In this document: piece after piece, positions 53,501-55,830 of the stretch | Position numbering within the stretch: the stretch's first letter is position 1 | How the letters are laid out: every line of letters starts with the position of its first letter | Source: a virus | Lineage: Duplodnaviria > Caudoviricetes | IMG/VR virus record: IMGVR_UViG_3300033273_000350 | Location: 1 to 55,830 of that record | Direction: 5' to 3' (one strand) | Length of the DNA: 55,830 nt | Notes under the pieces: generated by a model | What the model saw: only the letters and a program-made list of their open reading frames with translations | Told to the model about the DNA's origin: nothing | Database searches by the model: none | Position numbers and translations under genes: made by a program

Positions 53501-53764
53501 TCACAGATCGCTCAGAAGTTCGTTCATCTCTACGGCATCGATGGCAGGGTCATCCCAACGCACGCCGTCGCCAGTCTCACCGATGAACCGACCGACCACG
53601 CCGTCGGTCATGCAGCGAACGAACTTCTGCCAAGGGGTCTCGGTAACATCGCAGAACTCGACGCACGCCTTAGCGGTGTTGTAGAGGAACTCGTCGTTGC
53701 CAACCCAGAGGGCAGCGTTCCACGTTTCGTAGTTGGCGAATCCGTTGTAGGTCGTTGCGGTCAT
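53501..53764 (-). CDS. Conserved phage early hypothetical protein (YNGxxNYETWN family)
   Basis: TYNGFANYETWNAALWVGNDE...TGDGVRWDD. Start moved to 53764 because the ORF-track ATG lies inside the -10 box. Confidence 0.8.
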   Translation of the reverse strand: MTATTYNGFANYETWNAALWVGNDEFLYNTAKACVEFCDVTETPWQKFVRCMTDGVVGRFIGETGDGVRWDDPAIDAVEMNELLSDL

Positions 53765-53786
53765 GTCGTTTGTTTGAACTGAAGTC

Positions 53787-53845
53787 ATTATAAGGGGTCA
53801 GCGGCGGAGTCTGGGGGTGATGGTGGACACCCCCTCAACCGTCAC
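53787..53845 (-). promoter_or_regulatory. Early promoter, bipartite motif copy 5
   Basis: GTGACG-N9-GTGTCCA-N31-TATAAT. Confidence 0.75.
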
Positions 53846-54000
53846 TCCTCGGAGCACTCGAAGTCATCCTGCAGGTAGTAGGGCAGGGCGTCACGCTTGA
53901 CGAGTTCATCGTAGCAGGCGTCGAACTGCACGTCGTCGTGGTTCACGTTGGCGTCATCCAACAGGGAGAGCACTTCGTCGTTGGAGAGGGTGGCGAACAT
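53842..54000 (-). CDS. Acidic early hypothetical protein (52 aa)
   Basis: MFATLSNDEVLSLLDD...; start placed downstream of the -10 box. Confidence 0.65.
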   Translation of the reverse strand: MFATLSNDEVLSLLDDANVNHDDVQFDACYDELVKRDALPYYLQDDFECSEE

Positions 54001-54022
54001 CGGTTTCGTTTGAACTGAAGTC

Positions 54023-54081
54023 ATTATAAGGGGTCAGCGGCGGACTTGTGCCGCGATGGTGTCCAGTACGTCTGCTGTCAC
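54023..54081 (-). promoter_or_regulatory. Early promoter, bipartite motif copy 4
   Basis: GTGACA-N9-CTGGACA-N31-TATAAT; shares an identical ~36-nt block around the -10 with copy 5. Confidence 0.75.
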
Positions 54082-54150
54082 AACCCGAACGGGTCGGATC
54101 GGTTCCCACAGCAGATAGAGCAGACCAGCGGCAACGATCAACTTAAGCAT
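54034..54150 (-). CDS. Putative small membrane peptide (38 aa, MLKLIVAAGLLYLLWEPIRPVRVVTADVLDTIAAQVRR)
   Basis: Manual translation; hydrophobic N-terminal segment; fills the gap between neighbours. Confidence 0.6.
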   Translation of the reverse strand: MLKLIVAAGLLYLLWEPIRPVRVVTADVLDTIAAQVRR

Positions 54151-54203
54151 GGTGCGTCTGTGGTAGGATGGAGAGCGGGGTTTGCTCAGTGCTGCCCACA
54201 TGA

Positions 54204-54386
54204 TCAGTACCCGTAACGCTGGCGGCGTCGCTCGGTCTCGTAGCGGCGGCGGTCGTAATCCTCAGCGGTGAAGTAGTCGTCGAAGTCACCGTCGCCCATG
54301 TCGTTGGCGTAGTTGGCGGGTTGCTGCCCTGCACGACCAGCGAGGGCGGCGAAGGTGAAGCGGTCGAAGTTGGGTTGTTTGTTCAT
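54204..54386 (-). CDS. Early hypothetical protein (60 aa)
   Basis: ORF track; ATG lies 6 nt after the -10 box. Confidence 0.65.
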   Translation of the reverse strand: MNKQPNFDRFTFAALAGRAGQQPANYANDMGDGDFDDYFTAEDYDRRRYETERRRQRYGY

Positions 54387-54392
54387 GCTCTT

Positions 54393-54450
54393 AATATGGC
54401 ACAGAATCGGGCAAAAGTCAAGCGATGGTGGACACTGCCTCAGGTGTCAC
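54393..54450 (-). promoter_or_regulatory. Early promoter, bipartite motif copy 3, with a canonical -35
   Basis: GTGACA-N9-GTGTCCA, then TTGACT-N17-CATATT. Confidence 0.78.
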
Positions 54451-54654
54451 AGTCTCGTCCTTGTGGACCCGCACCCAGCGGATAGGATCGCCACCTGGGG
54501 TCACTCGCCAGATCATCATTTCCTCGCCGTGGTTCATCTCCTGCCACAGGGCAGCGATCTTATAGGCGTGGGACATATCTACCGCCCAGTCGCACCCGTA
54601 GGAATCGAAGTTGCCCCAGGCGGCAGGTTGAACGGCGAAGGTCGGTTTGGTCAT
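54418..54654 (-). CDS. Early hypothetical protein (78 aa)
   Basis: ORF track; downstream of promoter copy 2. Confidence 0.7.
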   Translation of the reverse strand: MTKPTFAVQPAAWGNFDSYGCDWAVDMSHAYKIAALWQEMNHGEEMMIWRVTPGGDPIRWVRVHKDETVTPEAVSTIA

Positions 54655-54675
54655 GTGCTTTGCTTTGTTCCCTGT

Positions 54676-54733
54676 ATTGTAGACCCTAGCGGCGACCCCA
54701 CAACCACTTGAGGGCCAGTTTCCAGATCGTCAC
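54676..54733 (-). promoter_or_regulatory. Early promoter, bipartite motif copy 2
   Basis: GTGACG-N9-CTGGCCC-N30-TACAAT. Confidence 0.65.
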
Positions 54734-54787
54734 ACCCTGGTGGCGATAGATGGGATGATGGGGCAGACTAGCGGATGCCATTTGTCT

Positions 54788-55000
54788 TTAGTTAGCGTCA
54801 GGGATTAGATCGATCAAAGTATCTTCGTCGTATAATTCTACGATCTCATCAGTGATCTCGTCCCATGTCAATCTATCGTATTCACGATCTAACAAATCAG
54901 CACACATATGCACGAGGGAATCAGTATCCATCCCCTCTATAATATGCCAAACATAGTTCTCAACAAGTTGGCGGCGGTCTGCTTCGGAAGGCATAATCAA
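54788..55000 (-). CDS. Acidic early hypothetical protein (~70 aa)
   Basis: RQLVENYVWHIIEGMDTDSL...EIVELYDEDTL; start codon uncertain. Confidence 0.7.
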   Translation of the reverse strand: MIMPSEADRRQLVENYVWHIIEGMDTDSLVHMCADLLDREYDRLTWDEITDEIVELYDEDTLIDLIPDAN

Positions 55001-55030
55001 ATGATGATGAATGTGTGGACTAAATGTTGC

Positions 55031-55399
55031 TCAGACGAGCAGGTCAGATGCAGTCAGAGCACCCAATCGCATACCAGAGCGAAACTCAGTGACGAAGAAT
55101 TCAGTGCCATTGTAGAGACGAATGAACCACTGATAGTTCTTCTGGAAGATACCCTCACCAGAAATACCATGCTCGGTGAGAATAGCATTCAGGCGAGATT
55201 TGGTGGTGTTAGATTGATGCCCACCATCAAACAATTTGATGAAGTCATCACCAACCTCAGCAATCTTGTTGCCGTAGAGGTACACATGAGACACGGGAGG
55301 GTTCACATTGTCGCAAGTGTGGATCACCTCAGTATTAGACATTTGCCAGTCAGTATTGTTGCTGATAGCGTTGTTCATCTGCTGTTCGATCTTACGCAT
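55031..55399 (-). CDS. Conserved cyanophage early hypothetical protein (122 aa)
   Basis: MRKIEQQM...NTEV...VYLYGNKIA...DGGHQSNTTKSRLNAIL; downstream of promoter copy 1. Confidence 0.8.
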   Translation of the reverse strand: MRKIEQQMNNAISNNTDWQMSNTEVIHTCDNVNPPVSHVYLYGNKIAEVGDDFIKLFDGGHQSNTTKSRLNAILTEHGISGEGIFQKNYQWFIRLYNGTEFFVTEFRSGMRLGALTASDLLV

Positions 55400-55429
55400 G
55401 ATTTGAAGCGGTTTGGTTGAACTGAAATC

Positions 55430-55489
55430 ATTATAGGCACAGGGTCAGCGAGAATGCTGGGGTCACTGTGCCACTAGTCCGACTGTCCC
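55430..55489 (-). promoter_or_regulatory. Early promoter, bipartite motif copy 1
   Basis: GGGACA-N9-GTGGCAC-N32-TATAAT, followed by GATTTCAGTTCAA as in copies 4 and 5. Confidence 0.72.
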
Positions 55490-55656
55490 TAGTAGCGAAG
55501 GTCAGTCAAGTTTTGATGGTAGATCACCTCTACCTGGTCCCATTGTTCCTCAGTCAGCGCACCACAATGCGCCTCCATGTAATCATAAACCATACACCAA
55601 TCAGCGTCCATATCATCAATGAACTGTTGGAGAGATTCGAGAACAGAGTTAAACAT
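55489..55656 (-). CDS. Acidic early hypothetical protein (55 aa, MFNSVLESLQQFIDDMDADWCMVYDYMEAHCG...)
   Basis: Manual translation; alternative in-frame ATG at 55665. Confidence 0.65.
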   Translation of the reverse strand: MFNSVLESLQQFIDDMDADWCMVYDYMEAHCGALTEEQWDQVEVIYHQNLTDLRY

Positions 55657-55657
55657 G

Positions 55658-55830
55658 TCAGACATAGTTTCGGAGACCGTTGAGGAAATCTGCCATCGCT
55701 TCCTCGTATTCTTCGTAGGTAGCGAAGCGATCAGCGAAGCGAGCGGGCACCTTACCCGTAGAGGGTTGTGCCTTGGGCAGGTCCCGACCCTTGGCGAGGA
55801 TCTGCTGAGCGTAGGGGTTGTTCGTTTGAT
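55658..55830 (-). CDS. Early hypothetical protein, possibly 5'-truncated (...NNPYAQQILAKGRDLPKAQP...TYEEYEEAMADFLNGLRNYV)
   Basis: Open frame from the window edge to TGA at 55658. Confidence 0.6.
   Translation of the reverse strand, partial: QTNNPYAQQILAKGRDLPKAQPSTGKVPARFADRFATYEEYEEAMADFLNGLRNYV

Noticed and set aside
53765-54024. ORF-track starts giving identical MTSVQT N-termini (53788 and 54024), suggesting a shared targeting peptide
   Set aside because: Those ATGs overlap the TATAAT -10 box and would lie upstream of the transcription start; downstream ATGs at 53764 and 54000 fit better.
53770-55490. Repeats with unique intervening DNA resembling a CRISPR array
   Set aside because: Spacing is irregular (hundreds of nt), the intervals are ORFs, the repeats contain -10 boxes, and no cas genes are present.
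52831-55683. Plus-strand ORFs in the GC-rich region (e.g. 53015-53299, 53393-53782, 54313-54711, 54908-55420) and minus ORF 52945-53133
   Set aside because: They are antisense to, or out of frame with, a coherent set of minus-strand genes that have promoters and coupled starts; high GC lengthens spurious ORFs.

Overview
A 55.8-kb segment of a T4-like marine cyanophage (cyanomyovirus, probably infecting Synechococcus/Prochlorococcus), almost all on the minus strand. In transcription order (right to left) it holds four regions. (i) A GC-rich early region (about 52.9-55.8 kb) of tiny ORFs with five copies of a bipartite promoter motif, ending in an orphan HicA-like gene that the ORF track missed. 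(ii) The late baseplate/tail module: PAAR, gp25, gp6, a 3547-aa gp7-like protein, gp8, a 2827-aa VrlC-like protein, a 1618-aa structural protein, a 3573-aa fibre and a Gly-rich adhesin-like protein. (iii) An inverted, AT-rich six-gene enzyme cassette (four 2OG-Fe(II) oxygenases, a SAM methyltransferase, a flavin-dependent halogenase-like protein) with its own sigma70 promoter. (iv) gp13-gp16, then the auxiliary metabolic genes PTOX and gnd. The most striking observation is four helical domains in the giant fibre and gp7-like protein that resemble phycobiliprotein subunits; three keep the bilin-attachment C-x-x-D motif. An adjacent structural protein has two cupredoxin-like Cys-x2-His-x2-Met sites. 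Together these suggest a possibly pigmented, light- or redox-active virion. All family calls come from motif recognition by eye; no database searches were run.
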